A stretch of 27,076 bases of DNA from Candidatus Micrarchaeia archaeon (GCA_041500405.1 JBGQMB010000012.1:1-27076), one strand, 5' to 3'. Counted from the first letter of the stretch, positions 1-8,093 are shown. Notes: a model not told the origin generated them from the letters alone. Translations and numbers: made by a program.

Positions 1-41
1 ATTGCCGCAAGCGCCGCTCCGGCAACAAGCATCCTTCCCAT
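1..41 (-). CDS. 5' end of a further paralog of the secreted TPR/transglutaminase-like family (runs off the window start)
   Basis: Nt 1-79 are identical to 1254-1332. The ATG at 41 gives MGRMLVAGAALAA, the same N-terminus as the 74..1294 gene. Confidence 0.75.
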   Translation of the reverse strand, partial: MGRMLVAGAALAA

Positions 42-79
42 GTTTCAGATTATGTACAAATGAGTATAAAAACCTATTC
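1..79. repeat. Leader repeat copy 1 (upstream gene stop + TATA + start of signal peptide)
   Basis: 79/79 identical to 1254-1332; may extend beyond the window edge. Confidence 0.95.
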
Positions 80-1294
80 GGGCTGGGCATCCCCTGCCGT
101 CAGGGCTTTGGCCTTCGCCCTGTCCGCGTCCGCCTCTTTTTCCATATCCAGCAGAAAATAGGCACGGGAGCGGCTAAGATAGTAATCCGGATCCCGAGGC
201 TCGAGTTTTATGGCTTTGCTGAAATCCTTGACTGCCCGCCGCAATTTCCTATAATAGACATCCAGCTGGTTTCCAAGGAGGTCAGAGTAACAACATAGGT
301 TATAGTAGCATTTTCCCCGCAGATAATACAAGTCAGCGGCAAGCGAGTCCATTTTTATGGCCTTGTCATAGTCCCTTAGTGCTAGCCAAGTTTTCCCCAG
401 CTTCTCATAAGCGTCCCCACGACAACAGTAACAAGTCGCGCACGGCAACAGGTCTATAGCTTTGTTGAAGTCCTTGACTGCCCGCCACAATTTCCACCTG
501 TTACAATATGAAGCTCCACGCTTCTCATATGCCATAAATAAAATCTTTTCAGGGTCTGATGTTATGGCTTCGATGATTGGATAATGATCGTGGACCTTTT
601 TCAGTGGGTAATACTCTCCGACTAGTATTTCAAAAAAGAAATTTTGCGTCTTGACAAGCTGATGCATCCAAACAACAACCATCTCCATCTTGATATGGAG
701 TTCTTTTGCCACATCAAAGACGACAAAACTGGAGGTAGTGCATTCAAACTTACCGGTTTTAATTGATTCGGACATGTAGCCAATGTAGTCCTCAATATAG
801 CCATTCGTATCGCAGCCCCAGTGTTTTTTGAAGTGCATGATGCTGTTTATGCCGGTTATGAACTTTTCCTCATCCATCTGGGCTTTTCTCCCCAGCAGGT
901 CCAGAAGACCGTCTAACACATTAGCATCAAGGCGACAAAGGTGTTTCCATAGAAATCCCCTGTACTCATGCCTCAGGATATATGAAACGTCAGAAACAAG
1001 CTCGTTGTATCTCCGTGCATAAGCGGCCGCCTGCTTTGGGGTATTCTCCAATTCAATCATAATCCTTCTGCTTCCTGCGGTTTCCTTGGTAATGTCGGAC
1101 TGTTTTGTGGGAACTTTTGCAAGCAAGGAGTCTATCCAAGGCGCTGTCTTTACTCTGATGCTGTCGGCCGCTGCCTTTTCCATCATCGTTTTCTCTGCCA
1201 GCGGCTGCGCAGTTATCCTTGGTTTTTTGTCGCAAGCCGGACTAATTGCCAGCATTGCCGCAAGCGCCGCTCCGGCAACAAGCATCCTTCCCAT
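74..1294 (-). CDS. Secreted/lipoprotein transglutaminase-like (SirB1/Transglut_core2-type) domain + TPR repeat protein
   Basis: Signal peptide with lipobox-like ISPAC. GKFECTTSS...VWMHQLVK...FFEI gives a Cys/His/Glu arrangement. C-terminal TPRs (AYEKRG..AVKDFNKAI, YYLSRSRAY). Confidence 0.75.
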   Translation of the reverse strand: MGRMLVAGAALAAMLAISPACDKKPRITAQPLAEKTMMEKAAADSIRVKTAPWIDSLLAKVPTKQSDITKETAGSRRIMIELENTPKQAAAYARRYNELVSDVSYILRHEYRGFLWKHLCRLDANVLDGLLDLLGRKAQMDEEKFITGINSIMHFKKHWGCDTNGYIEDYIGYMSESIKTGKFECTTSSFVVFDVAKELHIKMEMVVVWMHQLVKTQNFFFEILVGEYYPLKKVHDHYPIIEAITSDPEKILFMAYEKRGASYCNRWKLWRAVKDFNKAIDLLPCATCYCCRGDAYEKLGKTWLALRDYDKAIKMDSLAADLYYLRGKCYYNLCCYSDLLGNQLDVYYRKLRRAVKDFSKAIKLEPRDPDYYLSRSRAYFLLDMEKEADADRAKAKALTAGDAQPE

Positions 1295-1340
1295 GTTTCA
1301 GATTATGTACAAATGAGTATAAAAACCTATTCAGGCCGAG
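1254..1340. repeat. Leader repeat copy 2
   Basis: 1254-1332 is identical to 1-79. 1279-1340 matches 3458-3519 at 57/62. Contains TTTTTATA on the minus strand about 25 nt upstream of ATG 1294. Confidence 0.95.
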
Positions 1341-2098
1341 GACTCCTTTTGGCCGAGGATGCGCTTCGCCAATTCCTCTATCTCCGTGACGGTCTTGATG
1401 CCGCAGTTGCGGAACCTCCTGAGGCACATCCTGCGTTCCCTTTCGTCAGGGTTCTCCCTATAGAAGCGCCCGAGGTCAAGGATGCCCGGCGCATCGCTGC
1501 CTGTCGCCCAGCGCAGTATGTTGACTGCGCGCACGCTGGCCCCGAAATAGCACAGCGATGGGTTCTCGAATCCGTACTTGTGGCAGAACGACTCTATCTC
1601 GTGCTGGAGCGTCCCCTTTTCGGGGTAAAACCCAAGCCCCTGCATCCCCCTGCGCCATGCCAGCAGATCGTCGGCCGTCGGATACTTCTTTCCAGTGAGT
1701 TCCTGTGCCATCCCAAAAGCCATGGAATTCATGCCAAGCTCCTTGAGGCCGCGCAAGATTCCCATCCCGACTCCGAGCCCGATTACCTCTTTTTTGTGCA
1801 TGCATTTTTTCAGGCGCGCAGCGATCTCCGGGTTTGCCATGCCTTCTTTGAAATCATCAGGAATAGGCACCTTCTTGCCCGTATAGCGGCTGACTGCGCA
1901 GACTGCGCCGTATCCAAGCCCCATGGCGCCGAGCGTGCCGGGCGCGTTCCTTTTTTCGAACAAGTCAAGCGAGTCAAGCGCGAACTTGATGTTCTGGTGG
2001 CTCATGTCGTATTTCCTGGCTATGCCCCTTAGGCTCACGCCTTTTTTCCTCAGGCTGGCTATCTCCCTGTTGCGTTGCAGGCGCTGCTCGAAGTTCAT
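1331..2098 (-). CDS. HTH protein with RNA polymerase alpha-CTD-like (HhH) C-terminal domain
   Basis: N-terminal RNREIASLRKKGVSLRGIARKYDMSHQNI HTH. C-terminal SVRAVNILR...LRRFRNCGIKTVTEIEE resembles alpha-CTD. TATA-like TTTTTAAAT near 2120-2129. Confidence 0.6.
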   Translation of the reverse strand: MNFEQRLQRNREIASLRKKGVSLRGIARKYDMSHQNIKFALDSLDLFEKRNAPGTLGAMGLGYGAVCAVSRYTGKKVPIPDDFKEGMANPEIAARLKKCMHKKEVIGLGVGMGILRGLKELGMNSMAFGMAQELTGKKYPTADDLLAWRRGMQGLGFYPEKGTLQHEIESFCHKYGFENPSLCYFGASVRAVNILRWATGSDAPGILDLGRFYRENPDERERRMCLRRFRNCGIKTVTEIEELAKRILGQKESSA

Positions 2099-2139
2099 GT
2101 TGTAATTAGTGGAAGAAAGTATTTAAAAAGCATGGCTTC

Positions 2140-2225
2140 TTATGCAGAAAGGCCTGCCAGATACTCCATCTCCTCATCCGTCATATTGTAGAATATCTTC
2201 GCCTTCTCCGCATCCGACATCACCA
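2140..2225 (-). pseudogene. Orphan 3' end of the RFC large subunit gene (alternative allele)
   Basis: 70/86 nt identical, ungapped, to 3510-3595. Translates VMSDAEKAKIFYNMTDEEMEYLAGLSA* versus VMSDSEKAKIFYNMTDEEMEYLSGLST*. Confidence 0.92.
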
Positions 2226-3473
2226 CTCATCATTATCGTAGTATTCGTTTACTATGCTGCTGTCTGCCCTGTACTCCTCCATCATGCCCAGCTTTTTGTA
2301 TGCAAGTGCGCGGTTATTGTAGAAGGTTGCATCATCCGTTGAGCCCAGCTCTATCGCCTTGCTGTAATCCATTACCGCCAGCACATATTCCCCAAGATTG
2401 TAGTGCGCAACGCCGCGGCTGTTGAACAAATCGGCGTTCTTCGGTTCCAGTTCCACCTTCATCGCCTCGCCATAATCCCCGATCGCCAGCCTGTAATCGC
2501 CCAATTCGAGAAATTCGCTTCCGCGATTGCAATATGCATCCATGAGGAATCTGTTATCATGCTTGAAGCATGCGTTTGCGTGCTTCGTCATCCCCATTAT
2601 CGACAGGGTATAAAACAGGATTGCCTGATGATGCTGCCCGCATTTGGCAAGCTTCGCCCCCTTGCGCCAATAGATGTTTGCCAGGGCGACCTCAATGTCG
2701 GATGTCACGTCGTAGACAACCGGATACGTGTCATAAACGTAATCCAAGGTGTAATGGCATCCCGTTGTTGTCTCGAAACACAGGTTTCCCACCTTGGCGA
2801 ACTCATGCTCAGGGACCAAGACCAGCTCTGTCCAGATGCCGAGGGAATTTGCCACGTCAAATGCCAGGAATGCCGAACTGGCGCAATTGAACTTTCCGGT
2901 CCTGACGAGCGCGCCCATATCCGCTCCTTTTTCATAGCTCATTTCCAAATCGCGTGACATGATCCTCCATATGCCTTTCATGAATTTTTTTTCGCTTACT
3001 GCGTATGCCTTTTTTCTGTCTCCATACCTTTCCCTGATTGTCCCGGAGATGGCCGCAACAAGCCTGTTATATTCATGCGCATACGCGGCCGCGGTTTCGG
3101 CGGTATCCGCCTCTATCATTATCCTCTTGCTTCCGGCAATCCTAAAAGGGGCGATAGCGTCGCCGAGGCCCGCGGGATGTTCCCTCGAATACCATCTCGC
3201 CAAAAAGGATTTTATGGACGGGGCAACAGCAATGCCGGTTTTATCTGCCGCGGATGAATCTTGCGTATTGATGTTTGAATAATGCCATTTTGCAAAAAAG
3301 GAATCTATCTCGGACTTGGTAAAGGACGTGTCATCTTTCCCCATCGCGGAGTCCAGCATGGTCATTGGCCTTTCTTCCAACGGCTGCGCCCATATCTTGG
3401 GTTTCTTGTCAAAAGCCGGGCCTGCCGCAAGAATGGACGCGGCAAGCACACAGGTCGCAAGCATCCTTCCCAT
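2220..3473 (-). CDS. Secreted transglutaminase-like domain + TPR repeat protein (paralog of 74..1294)
   Basis: Signal peptide MGRMLATCVLAASILAAGPA. GKFNCASS...VPEHEFAK...FETT motif. TPRs (AYCNRG, LFNSRG, FYNNRA). Shares AGS(K/R)RIMIE with the paralog. Confidence 0.78.
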   Translation of the reverse strand: MGRMLATCVLAASILAAGPAFDKKPKIWAQPLEERPMTMLDSAMGKDDTSFTKSEIDSFFAKWHYSNINTQDSSAADKTGIAVAPSIKSFLARWYSREHPAGLGDAIAPFRIAGSKRIMIEADTAETAAAYAHEYNRLVAAISGTIRERYGDRKKAYAVSEKKFMKGIWRIMSRDLEMSYEKGADMGALVRTGKFNCASSAFLAFDVANSLGIWTELVLVPEHEFAKVGNLCFETTTGCHYTLDYVYDTYPVVYDVTSDIEVALANIYWRKGAKLAKCGQHHQAILFYTLSIMGMTKHANACFKHDNRFLMDAYCNRGSEFLELGDYRLAIGDYGEAMKVELEPKNADLFNSRGVAHYNLGEYVLAVMDYSKAIELGSTDDATFYNNRALAYKKLGMMEEYRADSSIVNEYYDNDEW

Positions 3474-3519
3474 GTTTTAGATTATGGACAAATGAGTATA
3501 AAAAGGTATTCAGGTCGAG
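3458..3519. repeat. Leader repeat copy 3, including the rfcL stop codon
   Basis: 57/62 identical to 1279-1340. Confidence 0.92.
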
Positions 3520-4679
3520 AGCCCGGACAGGTATTCCATCTCTTCGTCCGTCATATTGTAGAATATCTTCGCCTTTTCCGAATCAGACATGACCAGCTTC
3601 GCGTAAAGCGGCAGGAACGGAATCACCCTTTTGGAGGACGTGTGGACCCTTTTTCCAATCTTCAACGCAACGGACTTTGCCATCGCCCTTGCCATCATGG
3701 ACCTGCTCATCTCGACAAGGTAAAGCGGGAACTGGTAGTTCTCAACCGGCTTGTTGTACGCCTTTTTCTTGCTCAGGCCAACGCCGGCAGTCATAAGCGT
3801 GACGGAATATCTCATATAGCCGTAATACTGCCTCCTGAAAATCCTTCCGTCGAAAACATCGGCCCTTGAAAGCCAGTTGAACGCCTCCGCGATTTCCTCC
3901 GGCGTCTCGTACTCGCGCGCTATGTTCTCGTCCAGCCATAGCTTGAGCATGTCAGTATCCATATCCATGACTGAAGATGCGTAGCGCGCGCCTGAAAGCG
4001 TTGTGCACCTGAATATTGTCTTGAGAACGCTTTTGTCGTCTATTCTCCTGTCCCTTGGGCTGAACGACGCTGCCTCAAGGTCGTTGAGCGCGGAGCGCAG
4101 GTCCCCGGAACAGCCCTGGGATATCCTCATTATCGCTTCCTCGCCTGCGTCCAGCTTTTCCTTCTGCGACACCTCGCGGAGGAGATTTGCGACGTCGGAC
4201 GGCGCGATTTTCTTCATCTGGATTGCCTTGACGTACATCCTCAGCGGCTTTAGCTTCGGTTCGGACGTGTCGTTCGCGGTTATTATGACAGGCACGCTGG
4301 TTTCCTTTATCAGGTTGACAAGCTCGCCTATGCCGCCCCTGTCGTCCTTTGTCATCGCGTCCGCGTCATCAACAAGTATAATCCTTTTCCTTCCGAAAAC
4401 GGTCCTTGAGAAGAAGGCCGGCCTTATGTTTTTCTCAAGCGTCGCCCTGTCCCTCAGGCTGCTTGAGGATATCTCCAGCATCTCCAAACCAAAGTCCCTT
4501 GCAAGCGCGTACGCAAGGCTTGTCTTTCCCACGCCCGGAGGCCCGCCGACCATCAGGGGCTTTTCCCTTTTGCCGCTTAGGATGGCGCCCAGCCAGGCCT
4601 TGGCCGCTGCCTTGACCTCGTCGTTGCCTATCATCCCTGAAACGGATTTCGGCATGTACTTCCTTGTCAGCGGCACCAT
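3510..4679 (-). CDS. rfcL: Replication factor C large subunit
   Basis: PLTRKYMPKS, Walker A GPPGVGKTS, Walker B IILVDDAD, GDLRSALNDL, and C-terminal WLDENI..WLSRADVFDGRI. ATG at 4679 with TTTTAAAA at 4701-4708. Confidence 0.92.
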   Translation of the reverse strand: MVPLTRKYMPKSVSGMIGNDEVKAAAKAWLGAILSGKREKPLMVGGPPGVGKTSLAYALARDFGLEMLEISSSSLRDRATLEKNIRPAFFSRTVFGRKRIILVDDADAMTKDDRGGIGELVNLIKETSVPVIITANDTSEPKLKPLRMYVKAIQMKKIAPSDVANLLREVSQKEKLDAGEEAIMRISQGCSGDLRSALNDLEAASFSPRDRRIDDKSVLKTIFRCTTLSGARYASSVMDMDTDMLKLWLDENIAREYETPEEIAEAFNWLSRADVFDGRIFRRQYYGYMRYSVTLMTAGVGLSKKKAYNKPVENYQFPLYLVEMSRSMMARAMAKSVALKIGKRVHTSSKRVIPFLPLYAKLVMSDSEKAKIFYNMTDEEMEYLSGLST

Positions 4680-4788
4680 CAAGGCAGTATCAGCGGCATC
4701 TTTTAAAACATTGACGGGCGCGGCAACCCCAGTATCTCAGGCGGAATTTCACACACATTTAAAAACCCTTTTAGACACAAAAAAATCC

Positions 4789-5433
4789 ATGACATTCAAG
4801 GAAAGAAAGTATGCCATGGCAAGCGAACCCGGGTTCAAGAGGCAGGTCGGAGGCAGCAGGCTTAAGGCGGTAAAAAAGCCAAAGCCGGACGATTCAGAAA
4901 GCCCGCTGCAGGCGCAGATAAGGGTGCTGAAGGAAAAGGTCTTGGATTTATCAGGTTCGTCCACAGAAAAGGAGGCAAAGGCGATTTGTGCTGAGCTGGG
5001 CGACTTATATTCATTGGACAGGCGATTCCATCTTGCAGGCGTTTATTACAAAAAAGCCGGTGCGCTTGTCCCCGCAGGCAACGCGTTCATGGCAGCCAAG
5101 GAATATTTCTCCGCGGCAAGGTGCCTTGAAACCGCAGGCGAGAAAAAGCTGGCCAAAAAGGCGTATAAGCTGGCAGCTAGGCAGGAGATGAAGAGCTGCA
5201 ACTACGCTGTCGCGATTTGTGCCTACAGGAAGGCGGGCAAACTGAAAACGGCAAAGGCAATAGAGGATAAGATGCTGGAAAAGGCCGCATTGGCCAAGAA
5301 GCGCTTGGAAACAAAAAGAAAGAACGCGGTGCCGATAAGGCATCCGTCCCAGATGGGCGACCTTGAAAGGTATGAGTATGATAAAGCGATGAAGGGAGCG
5401 GCCAAGAAGGCAGCATCGAGGAAACAAAAATAA
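4789..5433 (+). CDS. Basic alpha-solenoid (TPR/SNAP-like) protein
   Basis: Start reassigned to ATG 4789 (TTTAAAA near 4758). Repeats AGVYYKKAG, AARCLETAG, AICAYRKAG. Confidence 0.65.
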   Translation: MTFKERKYAMASEPGFKRQVGGSRLKAVKKPKPDDSESPLQAQIRVLKEKVLDLSGSSTEKEAKAICAELGDLYSLDRRFHLAGVYYKKAGALVPAGNAFMAAKEYFSAARCLETAGEKKLAKKAYKLAARQEMKSCNYAVAICAYRKAGKLKTAKAIEDKMLEKAALAKKRLETKRKNAVPIRHPSQMGDLERYEYDKAMKGAAKKAASRKQK

Positions 5434-5449
5434 TTGCGGTGAGTATATT

Positions 5450-6841
5450 ATGGCGGAAACCCTTGAAAGGACAATAGGCAAGTGCAAAGGCAAGCCCGGA
5501 TACAGCGGAATGGGCAGGCCAACCAATGCCTTCAGGGAAAAACACAAGGGGACAATAAGAAGATCCATCGCAACGGTTGCGGAAAAATTCAAGGACGCGC
5601 AAGGCGGCGCCCCTGAAACAGGGCCCGGTGCCAAGTACGAGGAGGGCATTCTCATCAGGAACGGCCTGAAGATAAAGCCGCCCGGAGTGAAATGGGGCGT
5701 ATTGATACCAGAATGGGCAGGGCATAGGGGCCCGCCCACGCACGAGCTGCGCATCAAGCACGGGTTTGCTGAGCCAGCCAAAGAATTCAGCTGGAGCGAT
5801 ATCATACCTGAATACAAGGGAGAAGGTATGCCTTCAGATGAAGTGCTTTTGGAGCACAATCTTGCTAGGAAAACAGAATCAGGCGCCATAATAAAGATAA
5901 AGCCAAAAGGCGCAAAATGGGGAGACGTCATAGAGGAGCACCGTGGAAAGAAAGGCCCAGCTCCGCTTGGGCTGCGCATCAAGCACGGCTTTGCAGAGCC
6001 AAGGCCAGAAAAGGAAAAGGCCGAAAAGGAGCCAAAGCCGAAAAAATTCAGCTGGAAAAACATCCCGGAATACACCGGAAGGGGACTGCCGTCAGACCCC
6101 ATACTTGAGAGATATGGGCTCCCGACAAGGAGCCAGCGCGCGGAGATGGCGCAAAAAGCAGATGCGCCAAACAATGATACAAAAGTAATGGCCAGGGCCG
6201 ACGGGCTGAAGATAAAGCCAAAGGGCGTCAAATGGGGAGAGGTCATTTCAGAATGGAAAGGCAGGATGGGCCCGCCAACCAGGGCGCTGCTTGAAAAATA
6301 CGGGTTCGCGCCGCTTTCCACATGGAAGGAGCCAAAGAAGAAAGCGCCAAAGCAGGAAAACGCGTACATGAACAAACAGTTCAGGAAAAATCTGATCGAG
6401 GACGGCCCGGTGGTAGAGCCGCCGGATGAAAATGAGCAGGACGAGATTGAGGCGTTGCTGCCGGAGGAGAAGCCCGTTGAAAAAAGGGCGACCGCACGCA
6501 ATGCGGCTGCCGCGCGCCCGGCAAGGCGCGAAAGGGTAGAGGAAACCCAGGCTTTCATTAGCACAGATTCTGAAAGAAGGGCTTTCGACGCCAAGATGGA
6601 AAGGCTCAGGATAGGGGTCGAAACCCTTGAGGGGACCGGAAGGCCCGAGGAGGCGAAAAAGGCGTGGGCGGAAATAGCGGACATATACCGGTCAAAGGGG
6701 CTGAATCTGCTGGCAGGCGCCTATTTCAAAAAGGCCGGCGAATACAAAAAGGCCGCGCAGGCGTTCAACGCCTGCGGCGAATACGACAAGGCCAAGCTTT
6801 GCCGCGAAAAGGCAAATGAAACGAGGCGCGGGGCAACATGA
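5450..6841 (+). CDS. Protein with five or six novel W..E[WYH]xG..P repeats and a C-terminal TPR/SNAP-like solenoid
   Basis: Three KIKPxGxKWG..HGFAEP-type units alternate with two FSW..IPEYxGxGxPSD units. C-terminal AGAYFKKAGEYKKAAQAF. Confidence 0.7.
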   Translation: MAETLERTIGKCKGKPGYSGMGRPTNAFREKHKGTIRRSIATVAEKFKDAQGGAPETGPGAKYEEGILIRNGLKIKPPGVKWGVLIPEWAGHRGPPTHELRIKHGFAEPAKEFSWSDIIPEYKGEGMPSDEVLLEHNLARKTESGAIIKIKPKGAKWGDVIEEHRGKKGPAPLGLRIKHGFAEPRPEKEKAEKEPKPKKFSWKNIPEYTGRGLPSDPILERYGLPTRSQRAEMAQKADAPNNDTKVMARADGLKIKPKGVKWGEVISEWKGRMGPPTRALLEKYGFAPLSTWKEPKKKAPKQENAYMNKQFRKNLIEDGPVVEPPDENEQDEIEALLPEEKPVEKRATARNAAAARPARRERVEETQAFISTDSERRAFDAKMERLRIGVETLEGTGRPEEAKKAWAEIADIYRSKGLNLLAGAYFKKAGEYKKAAQAFNACGEYDKAKLCREKANETRRGAT

Positions 6842-7491
6842 AAAACAAAACGGCGAAACCAAAACTGCATTCCAGGAAGTTTGCGGTGACTCGCGGCAGG
6901 AAAGCAAAGGATATCATGCCAGACCCTATTCTTGACGAGAATCTTCTTTTAGGGAGCCAGAATCTTGCGAACGGCGAAATCGAAAGCAAAATAAGGAAAA
7001 TCCTCGAGGACGACGAGCCTTCGTTGCCGGACATTCCGAAAATAGCTTCCGCTTCATACAGCGCGTTGCTGATAAAGAAGGCGCTTGACAAGAAGTTCAC
7101 ATCGGAAAGGCAGAGGGGCGAGCTCCGCAAGGCCCTGAAGAAAAATTATGAGCAAGCCAAAAGCCAGAAAGGCATAGAAAACGACGACACGTGGCTGCAG
7201 GTCGCGATTGCGGTGGAGGACTATGCGACCGCGGCGGAGATATGCCTGAAGCTCAACAGGTTCTGTGATGCCGAGCAATACCTTGAAAAGTCCGGCATGG
7301 AGCCAGCAGACGCCTGCCGCATGCTTGGGGAATTCTGCATGTCAAAGGGCTTTTACACGTATGCCGCATCCTTTTTCAGGAAGTCCGGCGACAAGGACAA
7401 GGAAGTCTCTGCCAAGACCATGAAAACCTATTCTCCGGCCATTACAGACATGTTAATGGAAGTCGAACCGTTAAAGGAAGACGAACCCTAA
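6838..7491 (+). CDS. Alpha-solenoid (TPR/SNAP-like) protein
   Basis: ATGA overlap with the upstream gene. Motifs AEQYLEKSG and AASFFRKSG. Confidence 0.65.
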   Translation: MKNKTAKPKLHSRKFAVTRGRKAKDIMPDPILDENLLLGSQNLANGEIESKIRKILEDDEPSLPDIPKIASASYSALLIKKALDKKFTSERQRGELRKALKKNYEQAKSQKGIENDDTWLQVAIAVEDYATAAEICLKLNRFCDAEQYLEKSGMEPADACRMLGEFCMSKGFYTYAASFFRKSGDKDKEVSAKTMKTYSPAITDMLMEVEPLKEDEP

Positions 7492-8093
7492 TTTCTGACC
7501 CTTATTGTCAGGACAAGCGCAAGGACAAGCAGTGCAAGCGCGGCCCTTGCGGAATCCTGGCCAAGCATGCCCAGGACGAACATCGCAGTCGGAACGCAAA
7601 GCAGCACGGTTATGATGTCCCAGGCCGCGTTCTCAGTCTTTATCCTTCCACAGAACCTTTTGCCAAACGGGAAGAGCGGCGCAACCCCGGACGGCGTCAT
7701 CGCGTCCTCAAGCAGATGGAGCATGTAACCAATGAACAGCCATGTTGCATACCAGTAATTGAGATTCGCTATGAAAAGCAGCGCGCCGACCAGCGCGGAC
7801 AGCAATGCGCCTGCGATGACGGTGTGCGCAAAGCCGCGGTGCCCGCCCATGTTTTTCCCTGCAACCAGCGAGAATATCCTTGAAAGCGGCCAGTTGAAGG
7901 CAAGGCCAAGAAACGAAAGCACGCGCGAAACGCCATTCTTCTTCCCTGAGACCGGGTTGCAGTCCGAAATGTCCATATCAGGAAGAATTGAGCCAAGGAC
8001 AGCGAAAAGGACTGCAAGGATCCATCCCTGCGAAGGAAATGCAAAAGGAAAAACTATGGCGAAAGTAGCCATCGCGTGCTGTCTCAGCATCAT
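7488..8093 (-). CDS. Membrane-bound metal-dependent hydrolase (YdjM/DUF457-like)
   Basis: H..GSILPDMD, HRGFAHT, GYMLHLLEDAMTPSGVAPLFPF motifs; multiple TM segments. Confidence 0.88.
   Translation of the reverse strand: MMLRQHAMATFAIVFPFAFPSQGWILAVLFAVLGSILPDMDISDCNPVSGKKNGVSRVLSFLGLAFNWPLSRIFSLVAGKNMGGHRGFAHTVIAGALLSALVGALLFIANLNYWYATWLFIGYMLHLLEDAMTPSGVAPLFPFGKRFCGRIKTENAAWDIITVLLCVPTAMFVLGMLGQDSARAALALLVLALVLTIRVRN

Noticed and set aside
206..497. Near-identical repeats within the TPR gene as a possible DGR template/variable pair
   Set aside because: Mismatches are not adenine-specific, no reverse transcriptase is present in the window, and TPR duplication explains them.
4003..4788. N-terminal 262 aa of the 476-aa plus-strand ORF
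   Set aside because: Antisense shadow of rfcL; the real start is probably ATG 4789, which has its own TATA box.
5011..6684. 557-aa minus-strand ORF (and similar long antisense ORFs at 15467-16309, 19489-20487, 22624-23487, 24244-25101, 26231-27040)
   Set aside because: They lie opposite well-supported genes and have the Ser/Phe/Leu-rich composition typical of shadow frames.
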